A DNA stretch of 62,822 bases, counting the filler. It is 5 parts of 5 records of this genome, joined end to end, with 100 filler letters (N's around TTAATTAATTAA, not from the genome) between each part and the next. Parts side by side here need not be neighbours in the genome. Positions count along the whole stretch, not along the records: positions 15,545 to 37,478 come from SRR20825019_521; positions 37,579 to 49,285 come from SRR20825019_524; 3 more parts are not named here. One strand, given 5' to 3'. Below the pieces are notes generated by a model. It had not been told where the DNA came from, did no database searches, and was given only the letters and a program-made list of their open reading frames with translations. Numbering within the stretch: the stretch's first letter is position 1; every line of letters starts with the position of its first letter. This document shows, piece by piece, positions 31,604-43,450 of the stretch. The translations under genes and the position numbers were made by a program.

Positions 31604-33211
31604 TCTGTATGTTTATGTGTATTTGGAGAAGTATATGACTCAAAAGTATATAACTATAGTTCCAAAACAAGGAGTTAATATCCAAGAATTTGACCTCTTA
31701 CACTAAACCTGAATAACCTGGATCACTATTATAAAAGTGTGGAAGCTTAGCCCCTGCTTCCACCCCCTCAAAACAACTTCAAGGTTGAGTACGAAGAGAC
31801 CTGAGGGATAGAGGTGCGGACAGGTTGGGGGTGGGGCTTAGGCGTTGGGTGAGTGTATGGGTTGAGTGCAGGGCACCCAAGTGAGGAGAGTGAGTGCCTA
31901 ACTCCGCTAGTCAAACTGCTACTCCTCACAACCCACACATCCCACAACGGTTCGACTCGGTCTATTGCCTCTCCCGCCTTCTGAAGGATGAGGCGGAAAT
32001 GGATGGAACTAGCAAAAGGTCCTAAACGAAGTCAACAACCAAGACTCTTGTGCCGTTTTGCTAGGCAATACCTGCCGGTTTGTGTGCACACAATCTCGCT
32101 GAAAAGTTGACCCGACATGGGTCTTGTCACGTGCCCGCTTGAGATGCACACCCAGTGTCTGGGGATCACGGGTCTGCACTTACTGAACAGGGTCCGGGTT
32201 GTATGGGTAGGAGGGCATGACCCCAGCCAAGCTCAGGATGGAGCCCGGGGCACCCCAGGCACTGCCGCATGGCGAGGCGGTTGGTCCCGGACATAGTAAG
32301 GATATGTACCATAATTGCAAGGTCTTTTTTTAGGCTTGTCGCTTCACTAATAACCTTACTCATGCCTAGATCGAGGATAGCCCTGCCCATCACTTGTTCA
32401 AAAGGTGATCGATGGGAAACAGATACCGTTACTCACACCAGCCTGGGCGCGGGCCGCCCGCCCCCTGCCCCGGACCCCGTCACTCTCCGTGAGTGGCTCA
32501 CTGGCTTCGCCATGCCGGGGGCCCGGCGCGCTCACAGTTCACCCTCAGCAGGCGCGGGCCCGGCTCGGGCCGCCCGGCGGCGGGCGGGGCGGCTGCTGTC
32601 ACGGTCCATCCGGTCACCAGGGTCGCTACACAGCGAGTCCGCCGCGGCGGTCCGGTCGTCCGGCAGCGGCCGGGCCTGGCCGGAGCCGGCGGCCCGGGGC
32701 GGGCCGGACCCGACTTCAGGCCCACGCGCCAGGTGGCCTGACAGTGTGCCCGCCGCTGAGCCAGGACTGGTGACTGCTGGTGCTTAGGAAGCCATGCTCC
32801 TGCCCGGACTGGCCGGGAAGCGGCCGGCTACTATGACGATCCGGCAGATGTCCACGTATGAACGCCTACGAACAGCTCCTGGACGAATAGGGCTCCGCCG
32901 CTGTTGCCAGGAGCGGCGTCGGAGCGCACAGGCCAACCCGAAGAACTTGAGACTCGCAACTACCACGTCAGAGTGGGGGCGTACGATAGCACGCACTGTT
33001 TGGCGTGCGGTGGTGGCTCCCTGACCAGCCGCTGAGGTGCGTTCGGCAGTCTCGTAGCAGCGCCGTAGTCGCGAATAAGGTATTCAACCGACCTGGGATA
33101 GTGGCCGATCTCCTGTCCACCCCTCACATAGCGATGGACGACGTCAATTGAGTAGTTCACGATAGTTCATAAGTAGGACCGAGGGTTTTGCACAAGAAGT
33201 GTACAGACACG

Positions 33212-34884
33212 ATGGCAGGGGCAGGTCGGGGCGGTGCGACACTCACCGACTACATTGAAAGCCAAACCGAAGAGGTGCAGAACCTCCGGAGACATATTGA
33301 CTCGGTTCAGTATGAAATGGAAAAGTAGGCGATGTGTTCTTTTGCTCAACTGATATGTCTAATCGAATTTAGGCGCATGCAGGAGCTCATGGGTGTAGTC
33401 AGCGATTCCTTCAGCAGTTTGAGAGATAGGGTAGCGAAGCTCGAAATGAGCTTCACTGGAGTACATCCCTATGTTGCTGCCACCAATAAGTCTCGTGGTC
33501 AGGTTGGCGGGGTTTCGCAGCAAGCGTCTGGAGCAGCGTAGGTGCTGTTCGAGCAGTTTAGGTTCGGTGTTTTGACTTCCTCTTAAGTACCAGTCGCGCT
33601 CGCTGTGCAAGTCCACAACCGACGCCAGCTCCAGTGGTTTACGCTGGTGGTGCTCCAGCGGCTTCCGGAGGCCACGATGCCAGCACCATCGGTGCACTGG
33701 CGGGCAAGACAACCACACCGGCACCAACGTACACCGAGATGTCTCGTGCGGACGAAGATGCCGATCCTTTCCAATGCATGAAGGTTATGAACGACCACAA
33801 GTACCAGGGTGCGTTGAATTTGGGTTTCATGGGTGAGGTTTCGTTGCGTCAGGTCTCTGATACCGTTGCAGTGGTGTCTCTTGCAGTTGTGGGTCGCCTC
33901 CTAGTGAGCGGTGGAAGTGACCACACCGTCAAACTGTGGGATCTGGATAGTTTCCAGTGTGGGCTGACGTTGCAAGGCCAAACAGGCAGCATCTTGTCCT
34001 TGGCTGTGGCTGGAAGGTAGGAATGCTATAAGGTGATGATGCAGGCTATGAGAGACTGATCGTTTGCGTTGGTTCGTGTAGACTTTTGTTTACCGGGTCT
34101 GCGGACTGTACCATCAAAGTTTGGGATCTTGATTCCTTCGAGTGCATCCGCACATTGTCTGGCCACACTGGCGAGGTTCACTCTCTTGCTGTCGCGGGCG
34201 GCCTCTTGCTGTCCGGAAGTGAAGACAAGTCGATCCGAGTCTGGGATATCGGCTCTTTGCAACCAGCACTTACAATCAACGCGCACAAGTCAACAGGTAA
34301 GGAATGCCCGCTGCACTTACTCAGGTCACGCTGACGCTCGGGGGAAGTATTTGCGTTGTGTGCTGCAGGACGACTTCTCTTTAGCGCTTCAAGGGATCAC
34401 CTTATCAAGGTTAGTCACCACCAACCATTGGGGATCTTTCTCTTACAGCTTGGCTTGTTTAGGTGTGGGATCTGGACACTTTCCAGTGTGTGTTGACATT
34501 GACGGGTCACTTTGACGCCGTGACGTGTTTGGCTGTGTCTGATGGGTTCCTCTTCTCCGGCTCAAGAGATCACTCCATTCGGGTAGCTATGACTTTTACA
34601 GGTTTTATTGCTCTTGCTGATGTCGATGTAAGGTTTGGGACCTCAAGACATTCGCTTGTGTGAGAACGCTGCAGTCACACACAAATTGGGTTCTTGACAT
34701 CGTGGTTGCGGGGCGCTTATTGTTTTCGGCGTCCAAAGACCAAACGGTCAAGATTTGGGATATTGAGAGCTTTGAATGCCTTAGAACCAGAACGGAGCAC
34801 AGTGCCCCTGTCAACTCATTGGCACTTGCGGGTCGTTTGCTTTTCAGTGCTTCTGGCGACTCGTCCATCCGTGTCTGGCGCTGA
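33212..34884 (+). CDS. Coiled-coil + WD40-repeat protein, multi-exon
   Basis: MAGAGRGG..EEVQNLRRHID..; repeated SGxxDxT/SI/VKxWDL units across ORFs 33634, 34086, 34463 and 34660, separated by short GT-AG introns. Confidence 0.85.
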
Positions 34885-34970
34885 TGTGCATATTGCATAT
34901 TCTATGTAAACATCTGATACAGTGTCTTCCCCTTGCCATAGGTGCATACGAAAAGGCTTGCGGTATTGAT

Positions 34971-37478
34971 CTAGAATGCGACACTCTCCGCTCGCGGGTA
35001 TTCAAGCAGTGCAGGCATTGGGAACTTCTTTGTGGGAAACTTACTCATCAAATGTTTCCGACGAATGCCCATGATCTCACGTTGTTTGTGTGTAGATACC
35101 CATCGAGCTAAGTACTTGCGAATTTGCTTATTCCTTTCTTCTTGCTTACATATCATCCAACGAGCTTCTCTAAGAATGCCTTGGTGCTCTTCATACACTT
35201 CCCGGTACGAATCTAGCTCTTCAGTAACCGTAGCTAGCTGTTGCTCCTTGTCAGCAAGGTTCTTCGTCGCGATCGCGAGCCTGTTCAATATGTCAATGAT
35301 CTAACTAACTGCGTACACTACTTTCATACTTAGACTCGGGATCCCCAGCGAGCTCCACCATTTTGGCCACAATAGCATCAGTGTCGATATCCTCCTCACA
35401 GCCAAACCCTAACGGCTGATGTTCAGGATCCTTGAGTTGTTGCTAAATCACACAAGATGTGTTGGCTTTCAAACACGAAGAGCGCATGGCAAATCCTTAC
35501 CAGAGTCAGCCTTGTTCCCATGACGACCCGCATGGCGAGGGTCTGCAGACCAATCTTCTTTTGTAAATCCAGTGCCCGCACGTGCGAACGTCTCTGTTCT
35601 TCTGCTTCCGTTCGATGCAGGGCCCGAAGATTTGATAGACGAGTCTGCAGAGTGTTTGCACTTGATCGCTGTTGAAGCATCAATGCCTATATTTTCATCC
35701 GTCAATTTCTGAGTCAAGCGCAACTGACGAAGTAGGGCGGTACCTGAATGTCTTCAAGGGACTTCTCACTTTGGGCCAGAATGACCTTTTCCCCCTCTAT
35801 GGACCTTCTCGTTTCATCAATCCTTTTCTGCAAAAGGCGAATGGCTGCAAGACTCTCATTCACATCATTCACGGCAGGGTTGTGATCCATAGATTTTCGC
35901 ATGTATAGATTCTGCTTCTTCAGTGAAAATTCCTTTTTGGATATGTCACTGTCAGCGATGAAAATACTGGTCCAATCATGAATTGCTTACCTTATCTGCA
36001 AGCTCTTTGTACTCATCATTCTTCTCCATCAGGTTTTCATTCAGGTCGATGATCCGCGTCCCATGGTCAATGAACGTGGTCATGGCGTCGTGATCTTCCC
36101 TTAGCATCGAAACTTTTCTTTCCTTGGCGACTACCTCCCTTTTCACTTTCTCTATCTCTTCACGCAACTTCTTTTTCGCCTTCTTCATTTCCCTTTTCGC
36201 CTTTCGAGGATCCACTTCCTCGGGTTCTGCCGTATCTTCTTCATTCTCATTGTTGTCATCGACTGCCTCCGGAACCAACACTTTCAAGGCATCCTTTTCA
36301 TTGCTGTCCAGTTTGTCTTTCCACTCTGTATCCTCGGAAACTTCATCCCTGACATCTGCATCTGTGCTTATGACCACATCGTCGTCTTGGTTGTCAATCC
36401 CCGCCTCAGCCTTGATTTTGTCCAAAAGTGATTGCTGCAAAGAAGCCGTTAATCGACAAGGTGATAGACACAAGCTGCACATCTATCCCTACCAGTCGCA
36501 GATCAGCAGCACTGGTGGTTGTTTGTTCGGACATCTCCTTCTCTCGCTCCTTCTGTCTCCTCTTAAATTTCCTTGCCTACAGTGCAACTTAGTACTTCAT
36601 ACTCTAGAACTACGCACACCGCACCTTCTGCCTATGCCAGTTGTTGTACCGTTGCATTGCAAACCTTTGCCGATTCTTAATCATGAAGTTTTCATGAAGG
36701 CTACTACGCTGACGCGATATTTGCAACACAGAGTTGCGCCTCAGTGTTTTTTCAAAAGTTTTAGCCTTCTTCTTCTGGTTGTTCTCTTTTTCCTTTTCAA
36801 CCCTTATGGCAATTGATTTCTTCCGATCTCTGCGAAGAAATATGGGTACTTGGACAAGAAATCAAACACTAAAACTCACCTTCGCCCACGGTATAGGGAC
36901 TGGATACGCGTGGCCGCTTTCTCTCGTTTCCTATAAATGATCCTTAGAACATTCATCCTCGCTTCCATGGCACGCCGTGCTTCCTCTTTTTGTTGCTCTT
37001 CCGCCAGACGCTGCTGTTCCTCTTCGGCTGCTCTGGCGGCAGCCTCAGCAGCCTCAGCATCTACATCATCTTGCGATCTATTGGTATCTTGCTTCTCATT
37101 TCCAAAGAATTCTTTGATAGAAGATGCTTGTCTTGATGGCACAACCGGGTCATTTGTTTCTTCAACAGGTTCATCCTTCTGATTAGGAAATGCATCTTCT
37201 CTCGGAGATGGTTCCTTCACATAAGTGCCGTAAACTGTGTTGGGTGCTGGATATCCTTCCTGATGCGCGTCCGTCTCCGTCTTGATCTGAGCGTTGTCGT
37301 CTTCATCCGAGCTGCTGATTTCATCAGCCCACGTGGTTGTCTTAGAAACCGCGGGCCTTGTATCTTCTCGAGGGGAGGCCAGGCGACTCGGCTGAGCCGA
37401 GGCCTGACGGCTAGGTTTGCCTGAAGCCATTTCCTTCGGTTCGTCCTTGTCGCTTTCACTGTCATCCTCGCTGGAGTC
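34971..37478 (-). CDS. IQ-motif coiled-coil protein, multi-exon, 5'-truncated at contig end
   Basis: AATRIQSLYRGRR IQ motif; colinear minus-strand coiled-coil exons (36876, 35976, 35714, 35423, 34971) with GT-AG boundaries; exact exon structure not fully resolved. Confidence 0.65.
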
Positions 37479-37578
37479 NNNNNNNNNNNNNNNNNNNNNN
37501 NNNNNNNNNNNNNNNNNNNNNNTTAATTAATTAANNNNNNNNNNNNNNNNNNNNNNNNNNNNNNNNNNNNNNNNNNNN
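37479..37578. other. Artificial contig linker
   Basis: N-run + TTAATTAATTAA + N-run. Confidence 0.99.
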
Positions 37579-38116
37579 ACCATACGTGATAAACAGTACG
37601 TTTTCCGAGGCCCAGGACCTTGAGGATGTCATATCAATCAACCCCAGTGCAGGAGGAAATGCGATAACCAACTTGCTAAACCCCACCGACCCACAGGACG
37701 CTGCAACAAAAGACTATGTTGATGGAATTAATGTTAGCGCTGGTGATGGAATTACTGTTACTCCCTCCGGACAAGAATTCAATGTCGCAGTGAGCAACCC
37801 TATTGTTGCCTTAGGCAAAATAAATAGTGATGGCTCAAGTGATTCAGGAAAACTAATTGGTGCGTTAATAAACTATGATCCATTGTCACCAGGAGAGTAT
37901 GAGGTTGTTTTTGATTCACCTAGGCCAATTGGGGACGATAATTATATTGTTCAACTCACACTAATAAATGTTCCTGGTCCAGGTTTCTCAATTGAAGTTA
38001 GTGGAACTTCAAATACTGGTTTTACTGTACTCACTTCTCAACTTTCAATAGTATCAGGAAATTTAAATTCATCGCCCACAGATGCAGATTGGTATTTTAC
38101 AGTAACAAATTTGTAG
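37579..38116 (+). CDS. C-terminal fragment of a fibre/adhesin-like protein (5'-truncated)
   Basis: ITNLLNPTDPQDAATKDYVD neck/stalk-like motif followed by a beta-rich C-terminal tip (GEYEVVF..YIVQLT..GFTV..WYFTV). Confidence 0.6.
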
Positions 38117-38120
38117 CTTT

Positions 38121-39287
38121 TTGAAACCCCTCCTCCTCATAGCGTTTTTGTTTTCGGTAAGCGTTGTCTTGGCCCAAGAAGGGCTGTACAATAGTGGCAA
38201 TTTTACCGTGCACAACGATGCCCAAGTGGGCCTGCACACCAATTTGATCAACGATGCCAACTTTGACCAAACCACCGGGCTGGTCGGTTTTTACGGCAAC
38301 CGTCCCATAACGGTCACGGGAAGCATACCACCCACTTTTTGGGATACGGAGATCTTGATGGACAACAATGTGTTTTTGGACATCCCGCTGATGGTGAGGA
38401 ACAACGTTAATTTTATACTGGGCGATTTTTTAACGCCAACCACCACGCCAACAGTCAACCTAAACTTTATGGAGGACGGTTTTTTTAGCGGGGAGAGCGA
38501 CGCTTCAAAAGTCGTCGGCTTTGCCGAGGTGAACAACCGCAACGTGTTCTCCTTCCCGGTAGGCGATGCGGAACAGCTCCGTCCGTTGACGTTCAATGCC
38601 CAGGGTACGGTACCACAGGCCATTTGCGCCTATTTTTTTGAAAACCCTTCTGCCCCCACTTCCCTTTCACAAACTTTTGATGTGGAAGAAAAAGTAAACA
38701 ATATTGGTACGGTGACCGATAGGGAATTCTGGGTACTACAGGGCAACGTGCCCGTTCAGGTCACCATTTCGTGGAACACGCGCAGCAGCCTGATCACCAT
38801 TCCGAACGCCACGGTGGAATCCATAATCGTAGTGGGCTGGAACAAATCGTCCAACCAATGGGTGGTTATCGGGAACACTGCCTATAGTGGCGATATCACC
38901 AATGGTTTTGTGACCTCGGAAACCTTTGTGCCCAACGATTATGCAGCTATTACCTTTGGTACGGTTCCGCTTCCGACAGATACTTTTGCTGTGAACAATC
39001 CCACCTTGGGCAATTATTTTTTGAGCCCGAACGGCGATGGCATCAACGACTTTTTGGTCATCGATGGCATGGAGGAATCGCCGAACAACAGTTTGCGCAT
39101 TTTTAACCGCTACGGACAAAAGGTTTTTGAAAGAATCAACTATACCAACGAGTTCAGGGGCGTAGCAAATACTGGCAGCATGGTTCCCAATCCAGCCAAC
39201 GGCCTTCCGGAAGGCGTCTATTTTTATCTGGTGACCTTGGACGACCTTGGACTGGAATATAACGGCTTCCTATTTTTAGATAAGTAA
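38121..39287 (+). CDS. Gliding-motility-associated C-terminal domain (T9SS type-B sorting) protein
   Basis: Signal peptide; SPNGDGINDFLVI..IFNRYGQKVF..LPEGVYFY..GFLFL. Confidence 0.9.
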   Translation: MKPLLLIAFLFSVSVVLAQEGLYNSGNFTVHNDAQVGLHTNLINDANFDQTTGLVGFYGNRPITVTGSIPPTFWDTEILMDNNVFLDIPLMVRNNVNFILGDFLTPTTTPTVNLNFMEDGFFSGESDASKVVGFAEVNNRNVFSFPVGDAEQLRPLTFNAQGTVPQAICAYFFENPSAPTSLSQTFDVEEKVNNIGTVTDREFWVLQGNVPVQVTISWNTRSSLITIPNATVESIIVVGWNKSSNQWVVIGNTAYSGDITNGFVTSETFVPNDYAAITFGTVPLPTDTFAVNNPTLGNYFLSPNGDGINDFLVIDGMEESPNNSLRIFNRYGQKVFERINYTNEFRGVANTGSMVPNPANGLPEGVYFYLVTLDDLGLEYNGFLFLDK

Positions 39288-39364
39288 AAAATCAGTCTTT
39301 CCCTCCAGAATTTTTCAAAAGCAGGAATTAAAAATACTTCTTAACTTGGGGCAAAATTTGTTTC

Positions 39365-40099
39365 ATGAAAAGAAGGAGCTTTTTAAAAAATACTGCGGCA
39401 TCCGGCATGGCCTGTGCCCTTCCACCTATATTTCCCTATTTCGCCGAACCCAAATACTCGACCGAGGAGCTCATGGGCAAAGCGGACGTACAACTTTTTG
39501 GAGAAGGCATCAATTTACGGGAAGAGGCCTACAACTCCTTTTTGGAAATGAAAAAAGCGGCCTATTCTGCTGGTTTTGATATTAAAATGGTGTCCAGTTT
39601 TCGCGATTATTACCATCAACAACGCATTTGGGAACGCAAATACCTGAACTATACAGAGGATTTAGGGATGTCCCCGTTCGATGCCATTGAAAAAATCATA
39701 GAATATTCCACGATTCCCGGAACCAGCAGGCACCATTGGGGCACGGACATCGATATTATAGACGGATTCCCAAAAGCATCGGGAGACGTACTTGTGCCTG
39801 AAAAATTTGAAGCGGGCGGCCCTTACGAAGGTTTCAAACTTTGGTTGGACGATAACTCGACCAAATACGGATTCTATCTGGTCTACACCAACAACCCGAG
39901 AAGAAGGGGCTTCAAATACGAACCTTGGCATTACAGTTATGCCCCCATTTCCATTCCCATGCTAACGGCCTATAGAAAACTCAATATCCTCAAGTTGTTG
40001 CAGGAAGAGAGTTTCTTGGGCAGCGAACACTTTACGGCAGGGTTCATAAAAACCTATATTCAGGACAATATTTTGGACATCAACCCGGTATTGCTATAA
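39365..40099 (+). CDS. M15 family (VanY-like) D,D-carboxypeptidase with Tat-like signal
   Basis: MKRRSFLK; SSFR..QQ, PGTSRHHWGTDID, YEPWHY. Confidence 0.92.
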   Translation: MKRRSFLKNTAASGMACALPPIFPYFAEPKYSTEELMGKADVQLFGEGINLREEAYNSFLEMKKAAYSAGFDIKMVSSFRDYYHQQRIWERKYLNYTEDLGMSPFDAIEKIIEYSTIPGTSRHHWGTDIDIIDGFPKASGDVLVPEKFEAGGPYEGFKLWLDDNSTKYGFYLVYTNNPRRRGFKYEPWHYSYAPISIPMLTAYRKLNILKLLQEESFLGSEHFTAGFIKTYIQDNILDINPVLL

Positions 40100-40138
40100 G
40101 CGTTTTTTCGTATCTTCAACTGACTATAACGCTATACC

Positions 40139-40903
40139 ATGAGAAGAGGAAGTTGGAGGATACGTATCCTTATCGGTTTGGCCATTGTTGCCTTCGCATT
40201 CATCCGCCGATGCAGCAACCAAGAGGAAAACCCGTACACCGGGCGAACCCAGAACATTGACATGACCGCAGAGCAGGAAATTGCCATTGGGTTGCAGAGC
40301 GCTCCCGAAATGGCACAACAGCACGGTGGCCTCTATCCGGATGAACGTCTTCAAAATTTAGTGGACAGGGTGGGCAACAAACTCGTCCAAAACAGTGTGG
40401 CCAGCGAGACTCCTTATCGCTATGAGTTCCATCTGTTGGCGGACGACCGTACCATTAATGCCTTTGCCTTGCCGGGCGGGCAAATATTTATCACCTACGC
40501 CCTGTTCTCCCAGCTCAACGAAGCACAATTGGCCGGTGTACTGGGGCACGAAATAGGTCATGTTATCGGCAGGCACTCCGCCGAGCGTATTGCCGAGAGC
40601 AGTTTTTGGCAAACTTTGGCCACCGGGGCATCGGTAGGTGGCGACATGGGCAATGTAGTTGCAGGTATCGGCCAAAACACCCTTTTGACCAATGGTAGGG
40701 GCGACGAACTGGAGAGCGATGATCTTGGCGTATGGTTCATGATCGAATCCGGTTACGACCCAAACGAGATGATAGAGGTGATGAAAATACTAAAGGCGGC
40801 CGCAGGGCCCAACCGGGTTCCCGAATTCCAGAGCACACACCCCGACCCCGAGAACAGGATCGAAAAAATCAAGGAATCCATCGATAAATATTCAGGTCGA
40901 TAG
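40139..40903 (+). CDS. M48 family metallopeptidase
   Basis: INAFALPGG, GHEIGHV (HExxH), ELESD, STHP. Confidence 0.93.
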   Translation: MRRGSWRIRILIGLAIVAFAFIRRCSNQEENPYTGRTQNIDMTAEQEIAIGLQSAPEMAQQHGGLYPDERLQNLVDRVGNKLVQNSVASETPYRYEFHLLADDRTINAFALPGGQIFITYALFSQLNEAQLAGVLGHEIGHVIGRHSAERIAESSFWQTLATGASVGGDMGNVVAGIGQNTLLTNGRGDELESDDLGVWFMIESGYDPNEMIEVMKILKAAAGPNRVPEFQSTHPDPENRIEKIKESIDKYSGR

Positions 40904-41016
40904 AATTGGCGGTTCATCGATTAAAAAAGTGCTTTGTCTTTAATTCCGTATCTTTGAATGAACCCGAATCCTACCTACGTTCTCTTAATCTTTTATGCTA
41001 TAAAAAGAGAGAACAT

Positions 41017-41184
41017 ATGGGAACACTATTACACTTTAAAGATCTCTATTTAGAGGCATTTGACGATTGCAAACCTAGCTTTGTGGTATTCTTTTTGAAG
41101 GGATACTCTATATTTTGTGCGGCCATGTTTTTATTGGCTGTATATGCATTTTTATACAGAGCTTTTACTGGCTTTGAGTTCTAA
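41017..41184 (+). CDS. Small membrane protein, DUF6747-like
   Basis: MGTLLHFKDLYLEAF..YAFLYRAFTGFEF; TATCTTTG promoter element at 40949-40956 supports this start. Confidence 0.7.
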   Translation: MGTLLHFKDLYLEAFDDCKPSFVVFFLKGYSIFCAAMFLLAVYAFLYRAFTGFEF

Positions 41185-41232
41185 GCCGCGAGACACACTC
41201 TTTTGCAAGGACACTAAAATTTGTGAAATGAA

Positions 41233-41265
41233 AAAAAGGCCCCAACAAATTGTTGGGGCCTTTTT
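41233..41265. terminator. Bidirectional intrinsic terminator
   Basis: aaaaaggccccaacaa-a-ttgttggggccttttt perfect hairpin between convergent genes. Confidence 0.85.
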
Positions 41266-41287
41266 GTTAGACGAATAAACTCCTTTT

Positions 41288-41680
41288 CTATTTTTTCATA
41301 GCAGCTTCCAACACGGCTTGTGCCTCTGTTGCGTTGGACAATTCCGCATACTTGATGGCAGTCATGCCGCCATCACAGCGTTTTTTTAGGTCAGCACCAT
41401 TTTCGATAAGTAATTTTAAAACTTCAACTTTGTTGTAACGGGCCGCATAATGGATAGGAGCTTTCCCCAAAGATTTTTGGTTGACATCCTCGCCAAGTTC
41501 AATCAATTTTTTAACGGTGTCTACATCGCCCTGCATTACCGCCTTGCAAAAACTGCTGAGCTCGTCCGGGCTTACCAGTTCAATAGAGGTTCCAAAATCG
41601 TTTGTTTTGAATTCGTTGGCAGAAACGCCGCTTAGGGCCAACATGGAAAATGCAGCCACTGTGAAAATTGTTTTTTTCAT
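41288..41680 (-). CDS. Small secreted ankyrin-repeat protein
   Basis: Signal peptide; AVMQGDVDTVKKLIELGEDVN..PIHYAARYNKVEVLKLLIENGAD. Confidence 0.9.
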   Translation of the reverse strand: MKKTIFTVAAFSMLALSGVSANEFKTNDFGTSIELVSPDELSSFCKAVMQGDVDTVKKLIELGEDVNQKSLGKAPIHYAARYNKVEVLKLLIENGADLKKRCDGGMTAIKYAELSNATEAQAVLEAAMKK

Positions 41681-41887
41681 GATGATTGTTTTTGATTAAT
41701 GAATTTACTTGTTATAAAAATAGACTCCCCAGAACAGAGGATGTTACACGATTAACAGTTAAATAACTTATTTTTAACAACTCCTCAATTTTAACATAAA
41801 ATAATTAACAACTTCATAATTAGAATTTTAACAAAAAGCTAGGGCATCCAAGGAGAACATTTTATTTTTGTGATACAATATGTTACT

Positions 41888-43405
41888 ATGAACAAAAAGG
41901 TTATTCTTATGATTTTGGATGGCTGGGGAAAATCCCCAGACCCAAAAGTTTCGGCCATTGAAAAAGCCAACACACCATTCATTGATTCACTCTATACCAA
42001 ATATCCTGATGCCGACCTGCACACCGACGGAATGAACGTTGGTCTGCCCGAAGGACAGATGGGGAACAGTGAGGTAGGGCACATGAACCTTGGTGCGGGA
42101 AGAATCGTTTACCAGGACTTGGCCAAAATCAACAAAGCCGTAAAAGAAGACACCTTAAAGAACGAGATAGTACTCAAAGAAGCCTTTGACTACGCCAAGG
42201 CCAACAACAAACCGGTGCACTTTTTGGGTTTGGTGAGCGATGGTGGCGTACATAGCCATATCGATCACCTAAAAGCACTCATAAAAGCCGCCGACGAAAA
42301 TGGTGTGGAAAAATCCTTTGTGCATGCATTTACCGACGGGCGTGATGTGGACCCCAAAAGCGGAAAGGGCTTTTTGGTAGACCTTGATAATTATTGCGCA
42401 GACAAAAAGACAAAGTTGGCTACCGTAATCGGAAGATACTACGCCATGGACCGCGACAAACGTTGGGAACGTGTTAAAATGGCCTACGATGTTCTTGTTA
42501 ATTCCGATGGTGAAAAAACTCAGGACATTGGCGATGCCATGCAAAAAAGTTATGATGAAGGCGTTACCGACGAGTTCATCAAACCTTTGGTTATGACCGA
42601 TGCCACCAATACACCTTTAGCAAAAGTGCAAGATGGTGACGTGATCATCTTCTTCAATTTCAGGACCGACCGTGGCCGTGAGCTCACACAAGCCTTGAGC
42701 CAGCAGGATTTCCATGAGCAGAACATGCACAAACTGAACCTGTATTATGTTACCATGACGAATTATGATGAATCCTTCAACGGAATCAAAATCATATTCA
42801 ACAAAGAAAATATAAAGGAAACCCTTGGTGAGACCCTTGCCAAAAATGGTAAAAAACAGATACGTATCGCCGAGACGGAAAAATATCCGCACGTTACCTT
42901 CTTCTTCAACGGGGGACGCGAGGAACCATTTGATGGCGAAGAACGCATACTCTGCCCTTCCCCGAAAGTGGCAACTTATGACCTTCAACCGGAAATGAGC
43001 GCATACGATATCCGTGATGCCATTATTCCCGAGCTGAAAAAAGGGGAGGCCGATTTTGTCTGCCTCAACTTTGCCAATCCGGATATGGTCGGTCACACCG
43101 GTGTCATGGAAGCAGCCATTAAGGCTTGTGAAACCGTTGACCAATGCGCCAAGGACGTGATTACGGCCGGTTTGGAGAACGGCTATTCCACTATCGTAAT
43201 TGCCGATCACGGAAACTGCGACACCATGATCAATCCAGATGGTAGCCCCAACACGGCACACACCACCAACCCAGTGCCACTTATTTTGGTGGACAGCGAT
43301 ATCAAAGAGGTAAAAAGCGGTGTTTTGGGAGATATTGCCCCGACCATTCTTAAAATGATCGGTGTACCACAACCCGAATTGATGACTCAAAAACCATTGG
43401 TTTAA
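41888..43405 (+). CDS. gpmI: 2,3-bisphosphoglycerate-independent phosphoglycerate mutase
   Basis: ILDGWG, QMGNSEVGH, TDGRD, GRYYAMDRD, AETEKYPHVT, PDMVGHTG, ADHGN; start at MNKK downstream of TATTTTTG. Confidence 0.97.
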   Translation: MNKKVILMILDGWGKSPDPKVSAIEKANTPFIDSLYTKYPDADLHTDGMNVGLPEGQMGNSEVGHMNLGAGRIVYQDLAKINKAVKEDTLKNEIVLKEAFDYAKANNKPVHFLGLVSDGGVHSHIDHLKALIKAADENGVEKSFVHAFTDGRDVDPKSGKGFLVDLDNYCADKKTKLATVIGRYYAMDRDKRWERVKMAYDVLVNSDGEKTQDIGDAMQKSYDEGVTDEFIKPLVMTDATNTPLAKVQDGDVIIFFNFRTDRGRELTQALSQQDFHEQNMHKLNLYYVTMTNYDESFNGIKIIFNKENIKETLGETLAKNGKKQIRIAETEKYPHVTFFFNGGREEPFDGEERILCPSPKVATYDLQPEMSAYDIRDAIIPELKKGEADFVCLNFANPDMVGHTGVMEAAIKACETVDQCAKDVITAGLENGYSTIVIADHGNCDTMINPDGSPNTAHTTNPVPLILVDSDIKEVKSGVLGDIAPTILKMIGVPQPELMTQKPLV

Positions 43406-43450
43406 GCAAAGATTCTTTAAAATCCATAGAATCAATTTATCTTTGCGGCT

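Noticed and set aside
31940-31970. GGTTCGA resembling a tRNA T-loop
   Set aside because: No cloverleaf, acceptor stem or D-arm can be built around it.
33870-34884. Repeated TGGGA(T/C)-containing units that might suggest a repeat array or CRISPR
   Set aside because: They are WD40 coding repeats; no CRISPR-like repeat-spacer array or cas gene was seen anywhere in the window.
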